In this document: positions 21,001-29,110 of the stretch, piece by piece
Position numbering within the stretch: position 1 is the first letter of the stretch
Layout of the letters: every line of letters starts with the position of its first letter
DNA from: Candidatus Omnitrophota bacterium
GTDB taxonomy: Bacteria; Omnitrophota; Gorgyraeia; Gygaellales; Profunditerraquicolaceae
Direction: 5' to 3'
Length of the DNA stretch: 64,000 bases
Assembly: GCA_043800555.1 (NCBI GenBank)
Contig: JAZDMX010000021.1
Span: 29,905-93,904 of the forward strand
Position numbers and translations under genes: made by a program
The notes under the pieces: model-generated
What the model saw: only the letters and a program-made list of their open reading frames with translations
Database searches by the model: none
What the model was told of the DNA's origin: nothing

Positions 21001-21241
21001 TGGCCATATACAACATCTTATCCAGGCCGGTCATTTGCTGTTCGATGATTTGGGTAACGGTATTCTCTACTGTTTCAGCTGAAGCTCCGGTATAATAAGA
21101 AGTGATCCGGATAGACGGCGGAGCAATTGGTGGATACTGGGCAATAGGCAAAGTATAAACAGCCAAACCTCCCAGCACCATTATTAAAATGGCGATTACC
21201 CAGGCAAAAACCGGACGGTCAAGAAAAAATTTAGATAACAT
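18062..21241 (-). CDS. acrB: RND multidrug efflux permease, HAE1 / AcrB family
   Basis: 1059 aa, 12 TM with two large periplasmic loops; typical AcrB N-terminus MLSKFFLDRPVFAWVIAILIM. Confidence 0.9.
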   Translation of the reverse strand: MLSKFFLDRPVFAWVIAILIMVLGGLAVYTLPIAQYPPIAPPSIRITSYYTGASAETVENTVTQIIEQQMTGLDKMLYMASSSDASGSSTIELTFSPGTDPDIAWTKVQNKLQLAMPRLPDTVQRRGVSVQKSTHNYLLIVGLVSEDGSMTDIDLRDYMLSVIQPVLARVSGVGEAEAFGNEYAMRIWFDPKKLTSYGLTIGDVIGALQDYNVEVSGGQFGGAPAVKGQRLNASIIIQSLLKTPEEFSNIPVRINSDGSTIRIKDVGYVELGSDQSDTKVYFNKGQPSAAIAIRQEPGANALKTVDGIKAKMEELSRYFPQGMKVVYPYDTTPFTRVAIHEVFKTLCEAIFLVFLVMYLFMGNIRATLIPTIAVPVVLLGTCATLSLFGYSINMLTMFAMVLAIGLLVDDAIVVVENVERLMSEEGLSPRDAAAKSMEQITPALIGIGLVLSAVFGPMAFFTGSTGVIYRQFSVTVIASMLLSVVVALILTPVLCASILRPVPKGHQPAESGFWLLRPFFRKFDQIFFWIRDKYVQLVGHSFNKNIRYIIAYLLIVGAMLFVFSRMPTGYLPDEDQGVLIIMVNLPSGATLEQSERVLDKVRQYFVDKEKDAIESILTISGMNQSGHGQNTGMAFIKLKDWDLRKKASLKSDAIEDRAMKEFAIYNEALVYVFSPPPIIELGTAKGFDFQLQDRGGAGHEKLMEARSKLLEMAHKDPRLTRVRANGLEDVAQYKIDLDWEKAGSLGVSIASIQNTISTAFGSSYVNDFVKDGRIKHVDIQADAPYRMLPEDLKNLYVRNSKGKMVPYSSFASGHWIFGSPKLERYNAFSSINILGEAAKGRSSGEAMNAMEELAAKLPREFGYDWNGLSYQERQSGSQTGPLYAFSILIIFLCVAALYESWSIPIVNLLMLPLGVFGATLLTFMRGMPNDVYFQIGFLTTLGLSTKNAILIIQFAQHRLENGEKLVEAILGAVKTRFRPVIMTSLAFFFGVLPLAISTGAGAGAQNAIGTAVVGGMLSATFIDLIFIPLFFIMVTRFFGRKFKAQAAAVTGPNVTDLQK

Positions 21242-21252
21242 GAATTCTCCGT

Positions 21253-22356
21253 TTAATTCGCGCCAGATACAGTTGAAGTAATTTTTACCGAAGTCCCGGG
21301 CCTAATCAGCTGAACACCTTCAATAACTACCCGGTCTCCGGAATTAAGGCCTGAAGAAACCAGCCATTTATCGCCAATAGCCCTGTCAAGCGTAAGTATG
21401 CGCTGCTGGATTTTATTCTCAGAATTAACGATCCAAGTATAGGCTTCGCCTTTGGGATTACGAAAGACTCCCTGTTGCGGCGCAAGCATAGCCTGCTCAT
21501 TAATCCCTTCCGTAATAATTGCCCTGACAAACATTCCCGGCAAAAGCACGCCATTAGGATTGGGGAAAATTACCCGCAGGATAACTGCTCCGGTTGTCGG
21601 GTCAACTGTTATATCCTGGAATTGAAGTATCCCATCTAAAGGATAAGCTGTGCCATCATCCAGGATAAGTTTCACTTTATTCTGGTTTGATTCATCATGA
21701 TTAAGGCTTCCGCCTTCCAGGCTGCGCCGTAATCGAAGCAATTCTGTGGTAGATTGCGGGATGTCCACATAAATAGGATCTAACTGCTGAATGGTTGCTA
21801 GAGGTAAAGATTGATAGGCTGTCACAATAGCGCCTTCGGTAATATTAGAAGTGCCGATGCGTCCGTTAATCGGAGAAACAACACTTGTATATCCTAGATT
21901 AATCTTAGCAGTTTCCAATTCAGCTTTGGCTTGTTTAAAAGCAGCATCCGCGTCATCGAATTCCTGCTGGCTGACTGCTTTATCAATCAATGCTTCTTTA
22001 TAACGATCAGCTCTCAGCTGCAAAGCAGGTAAATTAGCCTTGGCCTTATCATAAGCTGCCTGAAACGGAGCAGGATCAATTTGGTAAAGTACTTGTCCTG
22101 CCTTGATTTCCGCGCCTTCGGTAAACAAACGCTTCTGGATAAGCCCGCTGACCTGAGGCCGGATCTCCGCGATCATAAAAGCGGCTGTGCGGCCGGGTAA
22201 TTCGGTTGTAATAACCACTCGTTCTGGGCGTACGGAATACACATCTACTTCCACGAGCTTAGCCGCCGGTTTACTTTTAGGCGCGCAGCCAATTACAGAA
22301 AAAACCATAGATGAAATACCTAGAAATATTATTATATTGTTAAGTTTACTTTGCAT
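21253..22356 (-). CDS. acrA: RND efflux periplasmic adaptor (AcrA-like MFP)
   Basis: Lipoprotein signal (GC) and MFP domains, adjacent to acrB. Confidence 0.8.
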   Translation of the reverse strand: MQSKLNNIIIFLGISSMVFSVIGCAPKSKPAAKLVEVDVYSVRPERVVITTELPGRTAAFMIAEIRPQVSGLIQKRLFTEGAEIKAGQVLYQIDPAPFQAAYDKAKANLPALQLRADRYKEALIDKAVSQQEFDDADAAFKQAKAELETAKINLGYTSVVSPINGRIGTSNITEGAIVTAYQSLPLATIQQLDPIYVDIPQSTTELLRLRRSLEGGSLNHDESNQNKVKLILDDGTAYPLDGILQFQDITVDPTTGAVILRVIFPNPNGVLLPGMFVRAIITEGINEQAMLAPQQGVFRNPKGEAYTWIVNSENKIQQRILTLDRAIGDKWLVSSGLNSGDRVVIEGVQLIRPGTSVKITSTVSGAN

Positions 22357-22369
22357 TTTTTCTCCAATC

Positions 22370-23032
22370 CTATCTTTGCTCCACGCCTTTAAAGAATATA
22401 TCCAGGATAAAATCAGCCGTAGCGTTTAAATCTTTACTTTTGGGGCCTTCTTTTAACCAATCAAAGATAACCGTCATAAAAATCGAGCCTAAGATATCCG
22501 CGATTTGTTTTGGGTTAAAATCACTTCTTACTACCTTTTGCCTTTGTCCAATGCTGATAAGCTCTTCGACAAATTCCTTATGTTCCAGCATTACGGAAGA
22601 TTTGGATATCTTACCCTCTTTCAGAATCTGCCCCTTGGTCCTTTCGGAAAAGAAAATCCGGAAAAAATTCTGGTTCTTTTCAAAAAAATTCAAACTCTCC
22701 TGCACGAAAACCCGAAGCTTATCTTCAGCATCCGCTACGCAAGCCGTATTCTCTTTCAATGTAGCAGTTATGTTTTTCATTTTCTCTTCTAAAAGAGAAA
22801 AATAAAGCATCTCCTTATCCTCAAAATACAAATATACCGTTCCGGTGGCATATTGGGCCTCGCGGGCAATATCCTGCATTGTTGCCTCATGATACCCCTT
22901 TAAGGCAAAAACGCGTTCGGCCGAACGCATAATATCGGCTTTACGCAATTGCTTATCCCTCTCTTTTCTACTCATCATAGCGCTGATTTTGCTATCCCCG
23001 ATTATTCCTTCAATTAATGAATGTGTATTCAT
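22370..23032 (-). CDS. TetR/AcrR family transcriptional regulator (possibly leaderless; alternative start at MMSRKERD)
   Basis: HTH segment ATMQDIAREAQYATGTVYLYFEDKE. A consensus promoter abuts the first ATG. Confidence 0.8.
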   Translation of the reverse strand: MNTHSLIEGIIGDSKISAMMSRKERDKQLRKADIMRSAERVFALKGYHEATMQDIAREAQYATGTVYLYFEDKEMLYFSLLEEKMKNITATLKENTACVADAEDKLRVFVQESLNFFEKNQNFFRIFFSERTKGQILKEGKISKSSVMLEHKEFVEELISIGQRQKVVRSDFNPKQIADILGSIFMTVIFDWLKEGPKSKDLNATADFILDIFFKGVEQR

Positions 23033-23068
23033 ATTGTGTATATTATATTCATTTCATACTTTTGTCAA
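23033..23068 (-). promoter_or_regulatory. sigma70 consensus promoter of the tetR-acrAB-oprM operon (-35 TTGACA, 17 nt, -10 TAATAT, then 7 nt to ATG)
   Basis: The reverse complement of 23033-23068 reads TTGACA-aaagtatgaaatgaata-TAATAT-acacaat-ATG. With no room for an RBS, this predicts a leaderless transcript. Confidence 0.5.
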
Positions 23069-23080
23069 GTAAAAATATAA

Positions 23081-23171
23081 AAAAGGGGGACGTTTCTACT
23101 TTTCCGGCAGCGGGATCGAGAAAAGTAGAAACGTCCCCCTTTTTCAAAGTAGAAACGTCCCCCTTTTTCTT
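23081..23171. repeat. Conserved palindromic element, copy C, with an extra tandem right-arm copy
   Basis: AAAAAGGGGGACGTTTCTACTTTTC-cggcagcgggatcga-GAAAAGTAGAAACGTCCCCCTTTTT followed by caaAGTAGAAACGTCCCCCTTTTTCT. Lies between the Cys-rich gene 1 stop and the tetR promoter. Confidence 0.75.
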
Positions 23172-23176
23172 ACGCC

Positions 23177-23401
23177 TTATTTACTGCAATTGCAAGCTGC
23201 CGCGCATTTACCATCAGCGCAATTACAGCTATCCTTAGAGCAACATCCGCCGTTGCAGCCGCATTCGCCTTTAACGCAACATCCGCCTCCTTTTACGCAC
23301 TGGCAATATTTCTTAACGCAACAATTACCTGCGGCTAAAGCATAACCGCTGCTTAAAAACATCAGCGCGATAACGGATAATATAAAGATATACTTTCTCA
23401 T
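23177..23401 (-). CDS. secreted cysteine-rich mini-protein (about 51-aa mature peptide with about 17 Cys; metallothionein-like composition)
   Basis: Start at MRKYIFILSVIALMFLSSGYALA (Sec signal, AxA site) with a strong RBS GAGGAGG. Mature part AGNCCVKKYCQCVKGGGCCVKGECGCNGGCCSKDSCNCADGKCAAACNCSK. Confidence 0.5.
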   Translation of the reverse strand: MRKYIFILSVIALMFLSSGYALAAGNCCVKKYCQCVKGGGCCVKGECGCNGGCCSKDSCNCADGKCAAACNCSK

Positions 23402-23456
23402 GCTGACCTCCTCTTTCGTATAAATTATTATTTTCTGATGCAAAAATGGCAGAATA

Positions 23457-23507
23457 GGGACGTTTCTACTTTTCTTAGGCCTATCTCCAGAAAAGCAGAA
23501 ACGTCCC
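23457..23507. repeat. Conserved palindromic element, copy D (degenerate: one stem mismatch)
   Basis: AGGGACGTTTCTACTTTTC-ttaggcctatctcca-GAAAAGCAGAAACGTCCCT, downstream of the stop of Cys-rich gene 2. Confidence 0.6.
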
Positions 23508-23533
23508 TCCTTCCCATTTTCCAAACCAGGATA

Positions 23534-23848
23534 TTAAAGGTTCGGCGGGTGGAAGATATTGCTAACCGATAAATAATTGTAGGTGAGGCGGTAGCTCTGC
23601 GGGAGGTAACCTAATAAAACCGGATCAAATAAGGTCCCCTTATCGGCTTGGCAGGCTTGGATCGTTTGATGGCTGCAAAGGCAAACCCCGGGGTTCTTTC
23701 GGCATTTAGATCTGGCATGGCATTTAGGCCTGCAACAAGAATGTTTCTTAAGGACGTTTGCGTATGATCCTGCGAACATGGCCCCGGAAACAAAGGCTAC
23801 GGCCGTAAAGCAAATCAATATTTTTAAACATACGGTTTTCATAGACAT
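23534..23848 (-). CDS. secreted cysteine-rich small protein (hypothetical)
   Basis: Signal peptide MSMKTVCLKILICFTAVAFVSGAMFA, then a basic Cys-rich stretch SCCRPKCHARSKCRKNPGVCLCSHQTIQACQ; RBS-like AGGGGG. Only 27 nt downstream of thi4, so probably co-transcribed with it. Confidence 0.4.
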   Translation of the reverse strand: MSMKTVCLKILICFTAVAFVSGAMFAGSYANVLKKHSCCRPKCHARSKCRKNPGVCLCSHQTIQACQADKGTLFDPVLLGYLPQSYRLTYNYLSVSNIFHPPNL

Positions 23849-23875
23849 TAAGGCCCCCTGGCTGTCTCTGCGGGC

Positions 23876-24649
23876 CTACAACTTCTTGAGCAGGTCTTTA
23901 GCTACCTTTTTACCGGCCAGGAGCATCCCTCCGAAAATCGGGCCCATACGCGGGCCGCCGAATACGGCATTAGCGCACATTCCGCAGGCATAAAGCCCCG
24001 GGCAAATCTCTTTGGAATTCCTTACGATGGTATTTTCTCCTAAATCCGCATACATAGACTGCTCGCCCATAGTTTTACCTGTTTTGGTGTTGAGCCTTAT
24101 GCCGGACTTTCGTTCCACAATACGAGCGACTTCTGCCGGATGTCCCGTAGCGTCTACTACGAATTTCGCCCGCATCGTTATGGGATCCACATGCAAATTA
24201 GCCATTTCAACGGCCGTCCAGTTTAGGACTAAACCGCAAACGCGCTTGCCCCTGACCATTACGTCTTCGGCGCTGATCAAATTGAGTATTTTTAAACCCG
24301 CCTGCACGCTCTTGGAGCATATTGTTGAAACCGAGTCTATGGAATCAGCCAGATAATAATTGTCTTCATACTTTCTGGATTTCACGCCAAACTCATCGAG
24401 AATCTCCTTGGCTTTATCCTGGACGACTATTTCATTAAACATAATGCCGCCGCCCCACATCCCTCCTCCTACCGATAATTTTCTTTCGAATAAAACTACT
24501 TTCCTCCCGGCCTTAGCCAGGTAATACCCGCAAACCATGCCGGCCGGCCCTGCGCCGACAATAGCCACATCCACATCCAAAGCCGCGATTAGCTTCTGTT
24601 TGTAAGACTCAATTATTGCCCGTGATATTTTGATCTCATCAAGCTTCAT
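23876..24649 (-). CDS. thi4: thiazole synthase, Thi4 family
   Basis: FAD-binding GAGPAG in [20 protein letters not shown], 257 aa, preceded by a TPP riboswitch. Confidence 0.75.
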   Translation of the reverse strand: MKLDEIKISRAIIESYKQKLIAALDVDVAIVGAGPAGMVCGYYLAKAGRKVVLFERKLSVGGGMWGGGIMFNEIVVQDKAKEILDEFGVKSRKYEDNYYLADSIDSVSTICSKSVQAGLKILNLISAEDVMVRGKRVCGLVLNWTAVEMANLHVDPITMRAKFVVDATGHPAEVARIVERKSGIRLNTKTGKTMGEQSMYADLGENTIVRNSKEICPGLYACGMCANAVFGGPRMGPIFGGMLLAGKKVAKDLLKKL

Positions 24650-24689
24650 CCTGCTGCCTCCTTTTTATTCACCCGTTACCCAAACGACA

Positions 24690-24825
24690 AAAAACCCTTA
24701 TGTAAGGCTTTGCCAAACATAAGGGTAAAATCAAATCCTGCCTCCCTCCGCTGGCATTATCCAGATCAGGTTTAATCGGGTCTCTTACGTTTTAACGAAG
24801 ACTCTCAGGCCGCTTAACGACCTCC
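24690..24825 (-). promoter_or_regulatory. TPP (THI-box) riboswitch with a terminator-type expression platform
   Basis: The minus-strand RNA reads ACGGGGAGG..GGCCUGAGAGUCUUCG...GAGACCCGAUUAAACCUGAUCUGGAUAAUGCCAGCGGAGGGA, which contains the conserved CUGAGA and ACCUGAUCUGGAUAAUGCCAGCG elements. It is followed by the hairpin CCCUUAUGU..ACAUAAGGG plus UUUUUU, then the AAGGAGG RBS of thi4. Confidence 0.8.
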
Positions 24826-24844
24826 CCGTAATGCAATTGTTTAT

Positions 24845-24873
24845 ATATTAGGGCAAAAACAAACCCTTGTCAA
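24845..24873 (-). promoter_or_regulatory. sigma70 consensus promoter driving the TPP riboswitch/thi4 transcript (-35 TTGACA, 17 nt, -10 TAATAT)
   Basis: The reverse complement of 24845-24873 reads TTGACA-agggtttgtttttgccc-TAATAT, about 20 nt upstream of the aptamer 5' end. Confidence 0.5.
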
Positions 24874-24879
24874 GTAATT

Positions 24880-25554
24880 CTAATTTCCCGCCAATTCTTC
24901 AGGATGGTGCCTCACCACTTTTGCCGAGACCATATATATTACGTCTTCGGCGATATTCGTACAGTGGTCGCAAATACGCTCCAGGAAACGCGTGATTAAC
25001 AAAAGCTGAACAGCCCTGGGAGCGGTTGAGCCGTCTTTTGCCATATAATCTTCAACAAGTTCCTTTTGTATTACATTGCGCAGGCCATCTGCTTCAGGAT
25101 CCAGCGATAATACTTTCTTAGCTAATCCGCTATCATTCTTTATAAACGCATCTATTGCCAGCCTGACCATATTTTGAGCTACCAAGGTAAGTTTCGGGAT
25201 ATCAACTAAGGGCTTCAAGATCGGTTTATCTGCCAGCTCCAGGGTGCGCTGGGCAATATCCACGGCTATATCGGCTATCCTCTCTAACTCGGAATTTATC
25301 TTCATGCCGGTGGCAATAAAACGTAAATCTTTTGCCATCGGTTGATGCCGCGCTATCAAATCAATGCACTCTTCATCTATCTCCAGCTCCAGGTTATCGA
25401 TATTGGCATCGTTATCTATAACGCCTTTGGCCAGCGCTTTATCCCTGCTTCTTAAGGCTTCCACTGATTTGAAAATCGCCTCCTCTGCGTAAACCCCCAT
25501 CTTCAATATCTTAATATTCAAATCGTTTAATTCTGCATCAAAATGCCTCTCCAT
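24880..25554 (-). CDS. phoU: phosphate signalling complex protein PhoU
   Basis: 224 aa with two PhoU repeats, immediately downstream of pstB. Confidence 0.85.
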   Translation of the reverse strand: MERHFDAELNDLNIKILKMGVYAEEAIFKSVEALRSRDKALAKGVIDNDANIDNLELEIDEECIDLIARHQPMAKDLRFIATGMKINSELERIADIAVDIAQRTLELADKPILKPLVDIPKLTLVAQNMVRLAIDAFIKNDSGLAKKVLSLDPEADGLRNVIQKELVEDYMAKDGSTAPRAVQLLLITRFLERICDHCTNIAEDVIYMVSAKVVRHHPEELAGN

Positions 25555-25629
25555 TTCTTCCTCCGCTTTTGCCGCTTTAACGCCCGCTAACCGCCTTATA
25601 TCCAGAAGTTATTTATTTACGGTAAAGGC

Positions 25630-26391
25630 TTATCCAAACCTTCCCGTAATATAAGCCTCCGTGCGTTTATCCTTGGGCGCGGTAAAAATATCCTGTGTTC
25701 TGCCGAATTCAACCAATTCTCCCAGCAGGAAAAAACCCGTATAATCAGAAACGCGGGCAGCCTGCTGCATGTTGTGCGTAACAATGACAATAGTATAATC
25801 CTTTTTTAGCTCCAAAATCAACTCTTCTATTTTTGCGGTCGAAATAGGGTCGAGGCTGGCGCATGGCTCGTCAAAAAGTATGACCTCGGTCTCAACCGCG
25901 AGGCAACGGGCGATGCAAAGCCTTTGCTGCTGGCCGCCGGACAGTTTAAGGGCGCTCTCGTAGAGCCTTTCCTTGACCTCATCCCAAATTGCCGCTTTCT
26001 TTAATGAGATTTCAACCCTCTATTCTATGAAATCAGCGTCTTTTATCCCGTTTACCCTCAACCCATAGCTTATATTGTCGAATATGCTTTTAGGAAAAGG
26101 GTTCGGCTTCTGGAAAACCATTCCTACCCGCCTCCTTATTTCTACGGGATCAACGCAAGAAGCGTTTATCTCCATGCCCTCAAGGTAGATGTCCCCGCAA
26201 AGCCTGGTATTCGGAACAAGCTCATTCATGCGGTTGAACAACCTTATAAAAGTGGATTTTCCGCATCCGGAAGGCCCGATTAAAGCGCTGACCTGATTAG
26301 CGTATATGGAGATACTCACATCCTTAAGGACATGGTTCTTCCCGTAAAAGAAATTGACGCCCTTTGCCCGCATCTTGATTTTATTATCCAT
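25630..26391 (-). pseudogene. pstB: phosphate ABC transporter ATP-binding protein PstB, interrupted by a single in-frame TAG (plus-strand 26020-26022)
   Basis: The N-terminal fragment (Walker A GPSGCGKST ... GIKDADFIE) stops at TAG and continues in the same frame as [19 protein letters not shown]...[16 protein letters not shown]...[12 protein letters not shown]...[18 protein letters not shown]...ITGRFG. The full length of about 253 aa is collinear with E. coli PstB; the TAG sits where homologues have Glu/Ala. Confidence 0.85.
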
Positions 26392-27232
26392 GTTGAGTCC
26401 TTTGCCTTTGGCGTATAAATATAGCGATCCCCGAAATAAATAATACTATAAATAAAAGAATAAAGCTGCACCCATAGGCTATCGCCCTTTGCTTCTCCGG
26501 ATGCACCCCTTCCGTCATTAAGGCGTAGATATGATACGGTAAAGCCATGGCCTCCGAGAATATGGATCTTGGGTAACCGCGCGTATAAAAAGCCGCGGCA
26601 GTAAAAAGTATCGGCGCGGTCTCTCCGGCTACCCTGCCGATGCTTAAGATTACTCCGGTTAAAATCCCGGGCAAAGCTGCGGGTAAAACTATCCTTTTAA
26701 TCGTTTCCCACTTGCTCGCCCCCAGGGATAATGACGCTTCCCTTATTGATTGCGGGACCGCTAAAAGCGCTTCCTGCGCCGAAGAGATGATCAAGGGCAG
26801 CGCTAATATCCCCAAAGTCAGGCTTCCTGAAAGTATGGAAACTCCGAAACCGAATAATTTTACAAAAACAGCTAAACCAAAGAGGCCGAAGACTACCGAA
26901 GGCACTCCCGCCAGATTATTGATGCTGACCCTGATAATATTCACTATGAATCCTTTCGGCGAATATTCGCAAAGATATACCGCGCAAGCAACGCCAAGCG
27001 GAAGGGAGAAAATAACCGCGCCCAAAGTAATATAAAGCGTGCCGATAATCGCCGGGGCCACTCCTCCTTGGGTCATGCCGCAACGGGGTATTTGCGTAAG
27101 AAATTCCCAGGAGATTACCCCGGCCCCCCTTACGGTAATAAAGAATATTATCAGGCCTAAAACAAACAAAGTAGCCAGCATGCATAAAAATAACCCCCCA
27201 AACCCCAAATTCTGAATATGTTTTCTCTTCAC
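26384..27232 (-). CDS. pstA: phosphate ABC transporter permease PstA
   Basis: 282 aa, 6 TM, EAA-type loop; overlaps the pstB start (ATGGATAA). Confidence 0.85.
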   Translation of the reverse strand: MKRKHIQNLGFGGLFLCMLATLFVLGLIIFFITVRGAGVISWEFLTQIPRCGMTQGGVAPAIIGTLYITLGAVIFSLPLGVACAVYLCEYSPKGFIVNIIRVSINNLAGVPSVVFGLFGLAVFVKLFGFGVSILSGSLTLGILALPLIISSAQEALLAVPQSIREASLSLGASKWETIKRIVLPAALPGILTGVILSIGRVAGETAPILFTAAAFYTRGYPRSIFSEAMALPYHIYALMTEGVHPEKQRAIAYGCSFILLFIVLFISGIAIFIRQRQRTQHG

Positions 27233-27250
27233 TTGCTCACCCCAATGGAA

Positions 27251-28126
27251 TTACCCGCTTAAACCCAGCTTTATACGAAAACGCCGGCTGATTATTTCCG
27301 CGACAATATTAAATATAAAAGTAATTAAGAATAATACCAGCGCTATGGCAAATAAGGCATGGTAATGGCTGCTGCCCATCGGCGCTTCCCCCATTTCAGC
27401 CGCGATTGCCGCGGTCATCGGGCGGACCGGCTCTAAAAATGTATGTGGTATTACTGCCGCCCCTCCGGCAACCATCAAAACAGTCATTGTCTCTCCTATC
27501 GCCCGGCTCATCCCTAATATTATCGCCGTAGAGATTCCCGAACCCGCGGCCGGAATCACTACCCGCGTTAAAGTCTGCCATCTATCCGCTCCCAGCGCAA
27601 ACGAGGCCTCCCGGAAAGATTTAGGCACATAATTTAGCGCATCTTCAGCTATACTGCATACTGTCGGCGTAGCCATAACCCCTAAAATCAGGCTGGCGTT
27701 TAAAGCAGTCATACCTGTAGGCAAATGGAATAACTTCTGCAAGAACGGCGTAACGATGACCATCCCGAAGAAACCAAAAACCACCGATGGAATACTGGCT
27801 AGCAGTTCCACCATAGGCTTTAATACCGCTTTTTGCCTGCTTCCCGCCAATTCATTAAGGTACATGGCGCTTCCAACCCCCAAAGGCACGCAGACAAAAA
27901 CCGCGCCAAAGGTGACCCAAAACGAAGCCAGGATTAAAGGAAGCACCCCGAACTCCGGTGGGCTATAAGTAGGGTACCAAAACTTGCCAAAAACAAAATT
28001 ACCGATACTCACTTTTGAGAATATGGGCAGGCTCTCCCTGAAAAGGACGAAAACTATGCCGATTAAGAATACCAGGGAAGAAAACGCCAAAACCGTAAAA
28101 ATCCACTTATATAACTTTTCTTTCAT
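27251..28126 (-). CDS. pstC: phosphate ABC transporter permease PstC
   Basis: 291 aa permease upstream of pstA. Confidence 0.85.
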   Translation of the reverse strand: MKEKLYKWIFTVLAFSSLVFLIGIVFVLFRESLPIFSKVSIGNFVFGKFWYPTYSPPEFGVLPLILASFWVTFGAVFVCVPLGVGSAMYLNELAGSRQKAVLKPMVELLASIPSVVFGFFGMVIVTPFLQKLFHLPTGMTALNASLILGVMATPTVCSIAEDALNYVPKSFREASFALGADRWQTLTRVVIPAAGSGISTAIILGMSRAIGETMTVLMVAGGAAVIPHTFLEPVRPMTAAIAAEMGEAPMGSSHYHALFAIALVLFLITFIFNIVAEIISRRFRIKLGLSG

Positions 28127-28259
28127 CTTCAGCCTAAGCTATTGCGCGCGCGTTTTGCGCTAAAGGTAATCCTGCGAGAAACTCCCCTATCCCGAGAGAA
28201 GGCAACACGGCAGGCCTTATTAACGCCTGCCGCGTTGCCAGGATAAATGAGTAAACGCC

Positions 28260-29075
28260 TTATTTTATCCCAACATAACCCTGTTCCTCAACTATTTTCT
28301 GCCCTTGTTCACTCTTCACAAAATCAAGGTACGTTTTAATTATGCCTTGCGGCTTACCGTTAGAATACATAAAAAGCGGGCGGGTCACAGGGTATTGGCC
28401 GGAAAGGACAGTTTCCTTAGAAGGCATAACCCCTTCGATTTCAAGCGCCTTGATATCTTTGGACATAAAGCCCAAGCCAACATAACCTATAGCGGCGCTA
28501 GTTTGAGCGATACTCTGGGCAACCGCCTGATTTGAAGCCTGCATAAGCGCTCCGGGCATGACCTTTTCCTTATTCATAACCAATTCGCCAAACGCCTCAA
28601 AAGTGCCGCTGGAAGTATCCCGGGAAACAACCACGATCTTCCCGGGATTGCCTCCTAATTGCGACCAATCAACCACCCTTCCGGTAAATATATCCCTGGC
28701 TTGCTTCTTGGAAAGCTTAGATACGGGATTCGATTTATTTACCACTACCGCAATCCCATCCATCGCCACGATATGGGCAACCGGGTCCCTGCCGTTTACG
28801 GCTGCCTTTTGTATCTCGGTATCTTTTATCGCGCGCGAGGCGTCGGCTATATCGCAAGTCCCGTCAATAAAAGCGGAGATTCCCACGCTTGAGCCTCCCC
28901 CGCGCACCGATATATCAACGCCGGGATTTTCGTCCATAAAAACCTCCGCGGTTTTTTGAGCGATGGGAAGCACTGTAGTAGAACCGGCAATTATAATTTT
29001 TTCGGCAAAGCAAGGCGTAGCCGCCAAGCTTAATCCCGCCATCGCCATCAACGCTAATATCACGGATCTTTTCAT
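28260..29075 (-). CDS. pstS: phosphate ABC transporter substrate-binding protein PstS
   Basis: Start taken at MKRSVILALMAMAGLSLAATPCFA (signal peptide; RBS AGGAGG 8 nt upstream); PBP fold, with SGTFEAF-like motifs. Confidence 0.8.
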   Translation of the reverse strand: MKRSVILALMAMAGLSLAATPCFAEKIIIAGSTTVLPIAQKTAEVFMDENPGVDISVRGGGSSVGISAFIDGTCDIADASRAIKDTEIQKAAVNGRDPVAHIVAMDGIAVVVNKSNPVSKLSKKQARDIFTGRVVDWSQLGGNPGKIVVVSRDTSSGTFEAFGELVMNKEKVMPGALMQASNQAVAQSIAQTSAAIGYVGLGFMSKDIKALEIEGVMPSKETVLSGQYPVTRPLFMYSNGKPQGIIKTYLDFVKSEQGQKIVEEQGYVGIK

Positions 29076-29110
29076 CTTAAAATCCTCCTTTTTTGCATAA
29101 ATTAGAATCC

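Noticed and set aside
25630-26391. Genetic-code reassignment of TAG as the explanation for the pstB amber codon
   Set aside because: TAG terminates other well-defined genes here. In the BT1 transporter the stop at 1022 is followed directly by a terminator, and the same holds for phoR at 31433 and the helicase at 50222. Long genes are not fragmented by in-frame TAGs, so global recoding is not supported.
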